Assembly: GCA_046344715.1 (NCBI GenBank)
Contig: JBKDKX010000015.1
Coordinates: 10,690 to 74,689, forward strand
Source of the DNA: Alphaproteobacteria bacterium
GTDB lineage: Bacteria; Pseudomonadota; Alphaproteobacteria; Rickettsiales; SXRF01
Direction of reading: 5' to 3'
DNA length: 64,000 bases
Below, one piece after another: positions 29,529-39,122 of this stretch. The notes under the pieces were generated by a model that worked only from the letters and a program-made list of their open reading frames with translations, made no database searches and was not told the origin of the DNA. Numbering within the stretch: the stretch's first letter is position 1; each line of letters starts with the position of its first letter. The position numbers and the translations under genes were made by a program.

Positions 29529-30179
29529 TCAGAATCTAAGCCAATATCCCTTAGCAAACGCTAAAGTGCGCCGCATGGCGGCTTCCGTAATGCTATTTTC
29601 CCCGCCAAATATTTCTGCCATCACTTTTATTGAAACGCCTTCATTGTCAGCATCAAGGATACGTAGCAGAAGCGCTGGTGATCTCCCGTTCTTATTATTC
29701 TTTCTCTTGTCACGTTTGCGGCGCTCTGCAGAAGAATGCGTGCTCTTTGCATATTTTTCGTAAACTGCTTTTATGTATGCCAGTTGCGGTTTTATCGGGT
29801 GATTTCCATCCACACTAAAAATGAACCCGCCGAGCGGCTTACTTAAAGCCATCGCTTCATAATGTAAAAGCTGCTTTGTTTGATCGTGCTTAAGGAAATC
29901 AATTAAATGACAGGGCTGTGTATATTTAGGAGCAGCTTCTTGACTGGGGTCATGCCAATCATACAGCTCATATTTCATAAACCCATAAGGCTTTCGATTA
30001 AGCCAGTCCTTACGGTAATTCGGATCGCGTCTTAGGAATTCCCATCTTAGCCCATTCTCTTTTAGGCGTTCCACGTATTCATATTGTTGGGGCTTATCCC
30101 AATCGCATACATTCCATTTAGCGCGGTTCTTAGCCGCTTCTTTAGGGGGGAGTAGTTTTCGCATTCCTGCCTTAGCCAT
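29529..30179 (-). CDS. DUF6499/DUF2285 (FseA-like) transcriptional regulator
   Basis: WEFLRRDPNYRKDW and LLRILDA..G.S...A..FG helix-turn-helix. Confidence 0.7.
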   Translation of the reverse strand: MAKAGMRKLLPPKEAAKNRAKWNVCDWDKPQQYEYVERLKENGLRWEFLRRDPNYRKDWLNRKPYGFMKYELYDWHDPSQEAAPKYTQPCHLIDFLKHDQTKQLLHYEAMALSKPLGGFIFSVDGNHPIKPQLAYIKAVYEKYAKSTHSSAERRKRDKRKNNKNGRSPALLLRILDADNEGVSIKVMAEIFGGENSITEAAMRRTLAFAKGYWLRF

Positions 30180-30187
30180 GCTAATAA

Positions 30188-30424
30188 TTATCTCTTCATA
30201 AGTCTCTTTAGGATTGCTATCGGATCAGCGCTGAGTAACTTGGCAATCTCAAGGAACTCGATGAGATCAAGCCTACGCTCCCCTAATTCATATTTGGCTA
30301 CGAATGATTGTGGCTTCCCAAGTAATTTGGCCAATTCCTGCTGTGTATAGCCAGCTTTCTGCCTAGCTGAATGTAGCAGACCGCATAACTTCTTTACCTC
30401 TTTGGAATGTATTGTCTTTTTCAC
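30188..30424 (-). CDS. XRE HTH, controller-protein/QseC-like
   Basis: RQKAGYTQQELAKLLGKPQSFVAKYELGERRLDLIEF. Confidence 0.9.
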   Translation of the reverse strand: MKKTIHSKEVKKLCGLLHSARQKAGYTQQELAKLLGKPQSFVAKYELGERRLDLIEFLEIAKLLSADPIAILKRLMKR

Positions 30425-30467
30425 TATGGCTGCACAAATCTCTTGATGTGAACAGCCAAAGGAATTA

Positions 30468-30498
30468 ATCCTAAAATAGAATTATCCCAAAATAGGAT
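30468..30498. promoter_or_regulatory. tandem palindromic operators
   Basis: atcctaaaatagaat (30468-82) and atcccaaaataggat (30484-98), 16-bp period, in the divergent intergenic region. Confidence 0.7.
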
Positions 30499-30511
30499 AT
30501 TTAGGAGTAAT

Positions 30512-30982
30512 GTGTTGCCAGATAACGTAGACAAATTAGATGGCAAAGCATTAATGGATGCCTATCGATTTGTCCGCATCGGAAGCATAATAGCCCCTAA
30601 CCCAGTAACATTCTCAATCGAAATTCATTTAACTGAGGCTTTGTCATGGGAAAAAGCGATTTACATATTCGTATTTAATAATGAGATTGTGCGCGTGGGA
30701 TCGTCCAAAGGGCGACTCGGAAGGCGAATGAAAGAATGGTGTCGCTGCGTTACCAATGCGCTTCACAGAGTAAATGGACTGCCTGCCAAAAAAACAGTCA
30801 CACCCGATTGGGAAGCTCGTGGATGGAGCAAACTTTTAAATGCTCATGGCAGTGGGGAAATTTATGCCCGCGAAGCCACCGAAGTCACCACTCCGGTGGG
30901 CTCATTTAGGGCATATATGGACGAAGAAAGTATCCTCATAAATCGCCATAAGCCCAAAATGAATAGGCACAAAAATCGCTAG
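30512..30982 (+). CDS. GIY-YIG-like nuclease
   Basis: AIYIF..IVRVGSS..LGRRM..E.ILI..P.MN pattern. Confidence 0.6.
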   Translation: MLPDNVDKLDGKALMDAYRFVRIGSIIAPNPVTFSIEIHLTEALSWEKAIYIFVFNNEIVRVGSSKGRLGRRMKEWCRCVTNALHRVNGLPAKKTVTPDWEARGWSKLLNAHGSGEIYAREATEVTTPVGSFRAYMDEESILINRHKPKMNRHKNR

Positions 30983-31046
30983 GTTTTCGGTAGCAGCAGT
31001 TTTTGCATTATAGCTTTAGCTATTTTGAGATGGTCTCTAAAATTAA

Positions 31047-32384
31047 TTATGCTACTTCAAAAAGTTTGTAATTTTCAGAGGCTAAGACTGATAAGGATAA
31101 ATACGCTTTTTCGTCACCTTCAATGAATTTAATAATTTTGTTTAATACCATACCCATCGCACGCGCCATTAGAGGGGGGATTGCATTACCTACTTGCGCA
31201 CAGCGGGATACATCCAATTTTCTTCTCTCACCATTTAAAGTATATCGACCATAAAAATGGAAATCATCAGGAAAAGACTGAATCCGCGCCATTTCCCTAA
31301 TGCTGACATTTCGTGGGTACAAGTAATGGATAATTTCATCTGGATGTGTAGTTAGCGTAGAGCATGGTTTTTTGGGGTCTAACAAAAATTTCTTGTCTGT
31401 TTTAGTGCCACTTGCGAGCAAGAATTCTTTACTGAGCCTACCTTTCGGCTGAGTTTTGTGCGCGGCAATATAAAGACTACGAACTTTTGGCCCATGCTGT
31501 GAAAAACGATGGGAATTTGGGATCGATTTATTAGAAATACCCCTTCGCATTAGCTTCGCATATGTGCTTTTCGCTGGTAAGTATGTTGTGGATGGGAATT
31601 TAGGAGAGTCAGGACAAACAACTTCTGTGGCATTAGCCAAATCATGTAATGCTTCTTCAATATTTACTGGCCTATCTAAGGGTAAATTTAGCTCTCTTCG
31701 CTGTTCTAGAGATACCGATGCAAAGTAATTCTCGATAAGATTTTTAACATTAGATATGTCTTTTAGTTGTTTCTTGATTCCAACTATTACAACGCGTTTG
31801 CGCTCTTGCGGAACCCCATAGTCAGATGATTTAATTGTTGTAAATCCTGACGAATAACCTAGTTCCCGCAAACGCGCTAAAACTAAAGTTGCTACACTTT
31901 CTTTTAGCTGTCCTGGGCGTGCCTTAAAAGGGCGCGCAATTCCTTCTACATTTTCAATCATAACCAACGGTGGTTCAACGAGCTCAACGAGCTCAAGCAT
32001 CTTAAATGCTAATTCGTTCCTAGGGTCATCGCCATTGCGTAAACCACCAACTGAAAAACCTTGGCAGGGTGGTCCCCCGCAGATTAGAGAAATTTTCCCA
32101 TTAAGGCCCTTTAACTTTTTTCTAATACCCTCATCATTCAATAAATTCTCAATAGTATAATTTTGTTTTGGGAGCCAATTTGGCCATTTTTCAAAGTGCC
32201 CATAAGGCGCATCTGCGCACATCATATTCTTAGAGATAGTCTCAAATGCCATTGCATCTTTCTCGATGGCAAATATACCTTCCCATCCAGATTGTAATAA
32301 CCCTAAAGACAATCCTCCACAGCCAGCGAAGGCATCTATATATGTCTTTTTATTCAATAATTTTATTAGGTCTTCATTTTCCAT
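31047..32384 (-). CDS. DNA cytosine-C5 methyltransferase
   Basis: FAGCGG, GGPPCQGFS, ENV, PQ.R.R, SIREMARIQSFPD, QVGNA. Confidence 0.96.
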   Translation of the reverse strand: MENEDLIKLLNKKTYIDAFAGCGGLSLGLLQSGWEGIFAIEKDAMAFETISKNMMCADAPYGHFEKWPNWLPKQNYTIENLLNDEGIRKKLKGLNGKISLICGGPPCQGFSVGGLRNGDDPRNELAFKMLELVELVEPPLVMIENVEGIARPFKARPGQLKESVATLVLARLRELGYSSGFTTIKSSDYGVPQERKRVVIVGIKKQLKDISNVKNLIENYFASVSLEQRRELNLPLDRPVNIEEALHDLANATEVVCPDSPKFPSTTYLPAKSTYAKLMRRGISNKSIPNSHRFSQHGPKVRSLYIAAHKTQPKGRLSKEFLLASGTKTDKKFLLDPKKPCSTLTTHPDEIIHYLYPRNVSIREMARIQSFPDDFHFYGRYTLNGERRKLDVSRCAQVGNAIPPLMARAMGMVLNKIIKFIEGDEKAYLSLSVLASENYKLFEVA

Positions 32385-32453
32385 ATATAGCCACTACTTT
32401 AGGTTATCTATACTATATATAGCAGAAAAAGAAATGGGGTTTTAGAAATATCT

Positions 32454-33236
32454 TCACTTCTTGTTTTGAGTATCTAACAACTTATTCAAGTAATCGTGTA
32501 CATCAACCCCTGCCTTAAGAGCTGTATTTCTTAACCATTCAATATTCTCACTTGATATTCTTATAGGCGCGAATTTTTCAGGATATGCCCAACTGCATTT
32601 GAAACAATCTAGTTTACAACCTCGGCACGCGGTACTTTTAAAATTATTGCATTCCCCGCACAAAGGTTGCCAATTTTCTGAACTGTCGCCACCGCCCCGT
32701 ACTCGTGGAATTTTATGGTCTTGGTCAAACCTAACTTCAGGTTCTTTCCTCCCGCATACTGCACAAGAAAACTGATACTTACTTAGAACCGCAGACCAAT
32801 CCGCGTCAGATAATTTTACTCGTGGAATTCTTTTTGGAGAAAGTGCTAAATTTATAAGTTGGTATGTATTCCCTTGCCTTGCAATACCCGTGAGACCTTC
32901 CTCCCCCTGTAGTTCACGGACACGTCTAAACACATCAACATAAGGTTTATATACTGTGGTTTGATCGTGTTGGGATAATCTAAATTTATCTACTGCAGCA
33001 CGAAATTGTTCCGTTTTTATGTGGGGGCCGGGAATCTTATGCCCTGATGGCCAGAGAGTTTCTAACATTACTTTATAATATTGGCGGTTTGCTTTACTTA
33101 GCGAAACAAATTCTTTGACAACACCTTCAATCCAAGCGTCCCTTTCCTTGTCATTGGCAGAAGGCGTTCTATCAGGGGCCACAAGCTCTAGAAACTTTTG
33201 CCTTCCTTTGCTTTTTTTAGGTGAATTTTCTGACAT
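32454..33236 (-). CDS. HNH endonuclease, probable restriction endonuclease
   Basis: CAVCG..DHKIP..GG..NWQPLCGECNNFK; co-oriented upstream of the MTase. Confidence 0.85.
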   Translation of the reverse strand: MSENSPKKSKGRQKFLELVAPDRTPSANDKERDAWIEGVVKEFVSLSKANRQYYKVMLETLWPSGHKIPGPHIKTEQFRAAVDKFRLSQHDQTTVYKPYVDVFRRVRELQGEEGLTGIARQGNTYQLINLALSPKRIPRVKLSDADWSAVLSKYQFSCAVCGRKEPEVRFDQDHKIPRVRGGGDSSENWQPLCGECNNFKSTACRGCKLDCFKCSWAYPEKFAPIRISSENIEWLRNTALKAGVDVHDYLNKLLDTQNKK

Positions 33237-33415
33237 TTTGATAGGTTATGTGATTTAAGATATTACCCTGTTTATCACACCAATCTGAAATTGGTAGCTC
33301 AGTTGCCGTGTAAGCACAGTATTTTAATCCAAGACGAAACATTGGACGCTAGAAGAAAAGGGATTATGCTAAAAAACCTATTGTAATAGGATGAAATTTC
33401 TCAGAGTAAAATGCA

Positions 33416-33500
33416 ATGTCTAGTATTAAACTTAAAAATGTAGAAATAGACTATTTTCGTTCTATTAAGTAGTTATATTTCGATTTTCCAGAAAGTAAGC
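33416..33500 (+). pseudogene. remnant of ABC/SMC-type (AAA_15/OLD-like) ATPase N-terminus
   Basis: MSSIKLKNVEIDYFRSIK*LYFDFPE; in-frame TAG, no Walker A follows. Confidence 0.5.
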
Positions 33501-33649
33501 GGAAACGAAAACCTAAAGTATGCAATGCGGAACGTACAATAATTTCTGGCTTCGTATTCTTTGAGCGAATACGGGACATAATCCAGCTTCGATAATTAGG
33601 GGATTTCATGCTTACCATGCAATGTTTAGGTCAATCGCTAATATGAAGA

Positions 33650-34765
33650 TTAAGATAGAAGCTCACGGATAGCTTTACCCCTCAATTCGCGTTGAGCCTT
33701 ACGCCCAACGCTTTCGCGTGCTGCAAGTGTATAATCATCAGGCACCTGTCTTGAGAATTCCAACAGCCGTTTCCGAGCTTCGTCCTGAGGTAATTGCCTT
33801 AACGTAGCATTGCGGCTCAGTTCGACGGCCAAGCTAAAGAAATTAGCTTTATTCCACCACATCGATGAATCCGGAATATCAATTCCAGAAATAAATTCGG
33901 CGCTATCATTAATTGCAGTGATGACTTCATCATGTTCAGGAAAATCTTGTGCTTTTTCATCAAGATATTTTCTTACTCTATCATTACGCTGATAATAGCC
34001 ATCCATAAATGTACACATCAGGTTGAGTGTAAACATTAATGGTACTTTCCGATCAAATTCGAATGCGGTAAAAATGGATTTAGCTCTAACCAATTTAGAA
34101 AAGGGGCCATCTGCAGTTTGAATAACCCATTCCCAAGTTTTTTCATCGATTCCAGGATCTTTGCTGAATAAATTGCTTGCCAGTACTTCTAGATTACCAT
34201 CTTCGCTACCAACATCACCAAGTTCATCACTGTCTGAAACCTCATTGGAGATTTCTCCAGAGAGGGCTCGCGCTACTAACATAAATTCAGATGCAGAATA
34301 TTCTGAAGCTAATTTTTCGATAGCGGAGAGTGAGTAAAATGTTCTATTAAGCCTACGAAACACATCTTTTAGGCGTTCATCACCTGCATCCAGGTCAAAA
34401 TCAATTACAGGAACTTCATACTTCAAAAATATTTCACGTTCTGATGTAGTAAGATCTTTAAAAACTTTTCCATCAACAGTTAGGTTGCCATTAATAAATT
34501 CGCGAATTGTATTAAGGCGTTGCTGGCCATCTACTACAGCTTGGCTAGCTTGCATAGTATCCAAATCAATTGGCCCTCTAGCCAAAAAAATTTGGGGAAA
34601 TGGGTAGCCTTTTAAGATCGTATCAATAAAGTCGCGTTTATGGGTATCGCGCCAAACAAGGTTTCTTTGGAAATATGGCGATAAAGTAAGGCGTGCACTG
34701 CGCATTGCTGACACTAAGTCAATAATTTCCCTGGAACGCACAGTGTATTTTAAATCATTTTGCAT
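33650..34765 (-). CDS. DUF262 (GmrSD-N/ParB-Srx-like) protein
   Basis: PYFQRNLVW, VVDGQQRL, VFRRLN; no HNH/DUF1524 motif seen. Confidence 0.9.
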   Translation of the reverse strand: MQNDLKYTVRSREIIDLVSAMRSARLTLSPYFQRNLVWRDTHKRDFIDTILKGYPFPQIFLARGPIDLDTMQASQAVVDGQQRLNTIREFINGNLTVDGKVFKDLTTSEREIFLKYEVPVIDFDLDAGDERLKDVFRRLNRTFYSLSAIEKLASEYSASEFMLVARALSGEISNEVSDSDELGDVGSEDGNLEVLASNLFSKDPGIDEKTWEWVIQTADGPFSKLVRAKSIFTAFEFDRKVPLMFTLNLMCTFMDGYYQRNDRVRKYLDEKAQDFPEHDEVITAINDSAEFISGIDIPDSSMWWNKANFFSLAVELSRNATLRQLPQDEARKRLLEFSRQVPDDYTLAARESVGRKAQRELRGKAIRELLS

Positions 34766-34767
34766 AT

Positions 34768-35358
34768 CTACCCCATCAAAGTTGAAAGTGCGCTATCTTG
34801 TTTCCAGCAGAATGCATACTCATTCATATATACTGCTAAAGTAATTCGATTAAATGTCGCGGTATGTTTACGGCTTATCTGTCCTTCAAACTGCTTATGT
34901 AATTGGCTAAGCTGAGATTTAGGCATAACCTTAATTCTAATCATGCCGCGCTTAAGTATTTGTTCTTTAAATAGCTCAATCTGCTCAACACTCATGACCC
35001 CAAAAGGCGTGGAATCTGTAAAGCTACGAGTTGCTTTTACTATATCGATCCAAAGCTTTTGAAAAAGATCCGTATTTACGCACGCAACATCAAGATCAGA
35101 GATGGCCAGTTCAAAAAGCTTATCCTTGTATATGCTAAACCCTAATTGTGCAGAACCACAAAAATGAATACTTGAGTATGGAATTTTAAAATATTGGGAA
35201 ATCTCTGTCTTGATATCGAATTCTTTTTCCCTTTGCCGACTTAGCGAAGCAGGCCTTTCTTCTATGAACAGACGGCGTGCACGCATCTCTCGATCTGCAT
35301 ACCTAGCACCTATCGACCGAACCTGTTTCTTTAATTGTTCAAGCACTGTTTCCATCAT
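34768..35358 (-). CDS. Pol-beta-like nucleotidyltransferase-fold protein
   Basis: hGS (CGSAQLGFS) followed by SDLDV; 2 bp from the DUF262 start. Confidence 0.7.
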   Translation of the reverse strand: MMETVLEQLKKQVRSIGARYADREMRARRLFIEERPASLSRQREKEFDIKTEISQYFKIPYSSIHFCGSAQLGFSIYKDKLFELAISDLDVACVNTDLFQKLWIDIVKATRSFTDSTPFGVMSVEQIELFKEQILKRGMIRIKVMPKSQLSQLHKQFEGQISRKHTATFNRITLAVYMNEYAFCWKQDSALSTLMG

Positions 35359-35720
35359 TCGAAAACTCTAGTCGAGCGCAAAGCAATTGTACATCCTTGA
35401 AAGATTACGAAATGAAGTTAAAAATAGTTGGCCAAGCGGTTAACACTTATCTATTTTGGAATGGTAAAGTGCCTTCGACTGACGTTTAATATCATCAAAA
35501 ATCGTCATCGGGTTGGACAGCGCTATGACTGATAATACAGTCAGGAAACATTCAAACCCCAATGCCACCATTCTTGTTAATACAAGAAAGAAACAAGATA
35601 AAAGCCCCACTGTTAATACAATGGGAAAACAGTTAAAATGGTGGGCTTCAAGCAAAGGTTAAGGAGCGTTACCCAGTGGTCGCCCTAGAAGTCCCATAAA
35701 CCGACATTGGAGTCCTTTAG

Positions 35721-35835
35721 CTAGGCGGGTCTAGGTAGGCATCGCTTAACCTTAAACTCGACCTGCTGTCCTTTTATGGGAATCCGCACTATAAGGGCTG
35801 GGGGTTCGGTATTAATGTTTGAGCTAAATCGCGCC
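35721..35835 (-). repeat. internal copy of element right end / integrase tail
   Basis: cttttatgggaatccg..ctataag.gctgg..tattaa.gtttgagctaaatcgcgcc shared with 39123-39231. Confidence 0.88.
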
Positions 35836-36139
35836 GCCACATCCCAAGAATTTTGTTCTAAATCTGAGTTTTAAAAGCCATTTAAAGTTAGAACAAAAGC
35901 GCGTGCCCACATTGTGTTAGATGCTGAAGGCCGTGACGTTTGCTGCTGTACTAAGATTTTACTGCTCGGATTTCACTTTTTGTGTTATTTTTCTAATAAT
36001 TCTAGTAACTTAGATTACCTTAAGGGAGTGCAAATATTCTAAAATTCTTTACGCAAAATAATTACTTTACTTTTCTTAACCTCATAATAGGCTACTATCT
36101 ATCCCCTGTAGATAAAAAAAAATATAATAGGAGAAAGTT

Positions 36140-39088
36140 ATGACAAATGGAATATCGAGTGAGTTAAGCAGAGCCTTAGATTTGATTAAAGATAGAAAGG
36201 CATGGCCGTCTTCTGCAGCATTCGACAGCCACTTTTCTAATGCAGGGGTAGCTTCCAAATTTGAGCATGCCGCCCAGAAGGGCGATCTGTACGCAGCAGA
36301 ACGTATGTACCGTGTCTATAATGATTGGAACCAAAAATTAGATTCATATAGCGGCCAATATGGGTCTTCATACTACGTACATGTGTACACTATCGATTCA
36401 GAGGCAGCAGAAAGAATTCGTGGAAAAACTCTATCTGAAGTAGCACTTGATTATCCGTCAAATGCGTATTTCCAATCTGGAAGAAGACAACTGCAATGGA
36501 GACCACTTAGTGCTCTTGACATGTGTGTTTACCAAACAACTTATGATGCAAGAACTAAACACTCGTTTATACCCGACCACTATTCATTAAGAACTGATAG
36601 TGAGTCAGAAAAACCAGAGGTATATTTAGGAAGTAGTAAAATTACCACGGAACTAAGCGGTCTATCTGTGGCGGCTGCGTCTGGTAGCGCGGCAGCTGCT
36701 GATATACTTGGTAAATTCTATGATGTTGGTAGCATTACGTACGCAGCGTTTCTCCGCAATAAAAGAGCTGGCAATCCACATTACAACAGCCAAAAATCAG
36801 GTTATTATTCACGTCTACACAACTTCCTCACCGGCAAAAATGATGCGATGTATGGGGAGTACGTTGATGCACGCCTGAAAGACCCCGAAGGTATGTATGA
36901 TGTGGCGGAAGCGATTATCACAAATCAACATGTACGAAAATCATACAATCAGAAGAATGGCATAGCTGGCGATTCTGACCAAGGCGCACGAGATATACTT
37001 AAAAATGCAGCAAACCTTGGTTATGCCAATGCTGCGTGGCGGTTGGCGCGTCTGCATCATGAGCAATATATCATGACTGATAGCAAAACCGAGCTACAGC
37101 AATTGTTCCATTGGTATAAAAAAGCGGCAGAGCTTGGTAATAAGGAAGCAAGTCATCATATTGCGTATTTCAAGGCGCAGTTTCCAGATATTGAAGCCAC
37201 CGCAGCTTCGCTGGATAAGGTAGCAGTAAGCAACCCAACATCTGACTATCTGGCAAAACGCCCCGATGCTCTGGGTGAAGTGGTGATACCGGAGGCGGAT
37301 ATTGCATTCTTAAAATCACATAATCCAGATATAAAGGGAAGCCTGACCACAGCATCTAGCCTGCTTGATAAACAGCTCGGTGAAATGGACAAGTTTATGT
37401 CTGCGCTACAGGCAAAAATAAAAGTCTTGTTGGATAACGCAACACGTCTTGCCGAAGCGCAAGCTGCTATCGCCGGACGTGAAGACCAGATTCATCAACG
37501 CGTACAGGCACTTCATGAGATGAGAATGATACTGGCCGATGATAAAGGTCGAGGGGCTGAAGGTTGGGTATCAGGTGCAAATACCTTATTAATTACAGCA
37601 AACCCCAAGTTGGCTATTTTAGATGGACTCATGCGCTCGACTTTAGAAAAAGTAGGTACGTCTAACCAAGGAGGGTCTTTTGAAAATTATTTAAAGGCTC
37701 AGCGAATCAAGGTGGAGCTAGTGCGTGAGGAAGTAGCTAATATTGACCAAGCCATTGCGGCCACAAGGGGCACAGCACTGGTTAAAAGTATTCAAAAAGA
37801 CGAAGTGTCACAACGTCGTCTGCTTTCGGCATACCTGAAAAAGACACTTATTGACCAAGGGTTAAAGAATATTGCCTCACTAGAACCAATTGCAAAACAA
37901 CACGGCTTTAATTCGGTTGACCATTTAATCTCAGTAAGTGCCAATATTGCAGGTGACCAAGGAATGCTTGCAGGCGCATTGGGTGCATTTGTGCGTGGAT
38001 TTGCAGATACTAAGGATATGGAAACAATCATTGCACACGCTAACCGCCACACACTAGGCGGCAAAGAGTCTGAATTTAAGGTGACAAATGCTATAGTAAA
38101 TTTTGTTGAGCAGGTTATTAAACCAAATATAGACCAATATTCTTCCCTTGCATCACGCGTGGATGTGCTTAAAGCCGAAGGTGTTGATTTTGTGCAAAAC
38201 CCTAACGCCACACTTGCCACCAGAGACTACAAAAATCCGACCTTTGTCAAAACGTTGCTTGAAACTGAGTATAGCGTTTCAGGAAGCGCAGAAGTGGCAA
38301 AAATGTTTGACCACTCCATGCACAGGCATGGCAAACATGTCATTTATGACCCAACAGCGGATGGGGTGCAACACACCAAAAAAACCATAGATTTGGTTGA
38401 GCCGGATGAGGTCAGGGAATATAGCGATCTCGTGGCACAAAAAAGCAAACGTGGTGACAGGACACTTCCTCCTATGCCAAGCTTATTTACAAGAACCTGC
38501 GCAAATGAATACCTCACCCCATTGACAAAAAAACATGCTGAATCGACTAAATTTCATGATAGGCCGGATGCAGCACTTGCCTATGTAACTGCTACCCATG
38601 TGGTCGCAGATTTTATCGATAAGATGTCATTAAGCCCTCTGGCCAAATATAGGGCGACCCTAAAAGATAAATCATTAGTGGATAATGTTATTGCCCAGAC
38701 ATTCTTTGATTTCTTCAGCAGCATGGGTGTTGCACACAAAGCTAATTTTGCCGCTGGGTTTCAAGATGTAGAACGAAAATTTGGTAGTGGTGATTTTACC
38801 AAAGCAAGTTCAGATCTGGGACGGGAAATATCAAAAGATATGCTTGCACAATATGACGTATATGCAAAGTTGCTTGAAGCAAATTTAAAGAAGTCTCTCT
38901 CTGACAGCATTGCCCCAGAAGCAAGGCAATTACTGGCACAACTTGATGCCCTAGAAAAAGAAGGAGTTTCTATTGTAAAGCCTGAGATCATCAAAAATCA
39001 TGCCAGCCAGTATCTTGATGAATTGCGTACGCGAGAGATGGCGTTTGAGAATATGAGTCCGGCTGCACGCAGCTTGAGGGGAAAATAA
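36140..39088 (+). CDS. 982-aa Sel1-like repeat protein
   Basis: LKNAANLGYANAAWRLA, WYKKAAELGNKEASHHIA; AGGAG RBS; coiled-coil middle. Confidence 0.8.
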   Translation: MTNGISSELSRALDLIKDRKAWPSSAAFDSHFSNAGVASKFEHAAQKGDLYAAERMYRVYNDWNQKLDSYSGQYGSSYYVHVYTIDSEAAERIRGKTLSEVALDYPSNAYFQSGRRQLQWRPLSALDMCVYQTTYDARTKHSFIPDHYSLRTDSESEKPEVYLGSSKITTELSGLSVAAASGSAAAADILGKFYDVGSITYAAFLRNKRAGNPHYNSQKSGYYSRLHNFLTGKNDAMYGEYVDARLKDPEGMYDVAEAIITNQHVRKSYNQKNGIAGDSDQGARDILKNAANLGYANAAWRLARLHHEQYIMTDSKTELQQLFHWYKKAAELGNKEASHHIAYFKAQFPDIEATAASLDKVAVSNPTSDYLAKRPDALGEVVIPEADIAFLKSHNPDIKGSLTTASSLLDKQLGEMDKFMSALQAKIKVLLDNATRLAEAQAAIAGREDQIHQRVQALHEMRMILADDKGRGAEGWVSGANTLLITANPKLAILDGLMRSTLEKVGTSNQGGSFENYLKAQRIKVELVREEVANIDQAIAATRGTALVKSIQKDEVSQRRLLSAYLKKTLIDQGLKNIASLEPIAKQHGFNSVDHLISVSANIAGDQGMLAGALGAFVRGFADTKDMETIIAHANRHTLGGKESEFKVTNAIVNFVEQVIKPNIDQYSSLASRVDVLKAEGVDFVQNPNATLATRDYKNPTFVKTLLETEYSVSGSAEVAKMFDHSMHRHGKHVIYDPTADGVQHTKKTIDLVEPDEVREYSDLVAQKSKRGDRTLPPMPSLFTRTCANEYLTPLTKKHAESTKFHDRPDAALAYVTATHVVADFIDKMSLSPLAKYRATLKDKSLVDNVIAQTFFDFFSSMGVAHKANFAAGFQDVERKFGSGDFTKASSDLGREISKDMLAQYDVYAKLLEANLKKSLSDSIAPEARQLLAQLDALEKEGVSIVKPEIIKNHASQYLDELRTREMAFENMSPAARSLRGK

Positions 39089-39122
39089 TCCGCCCTTAAT
39101 GTTGCTTTGAGCGTCTTTAGGC

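Noticed and set aside
35440-35660. 71-aa minus-strand ORF and a 45-aa plus-strand ORF
   Set aside because: No RBS or motif support for either
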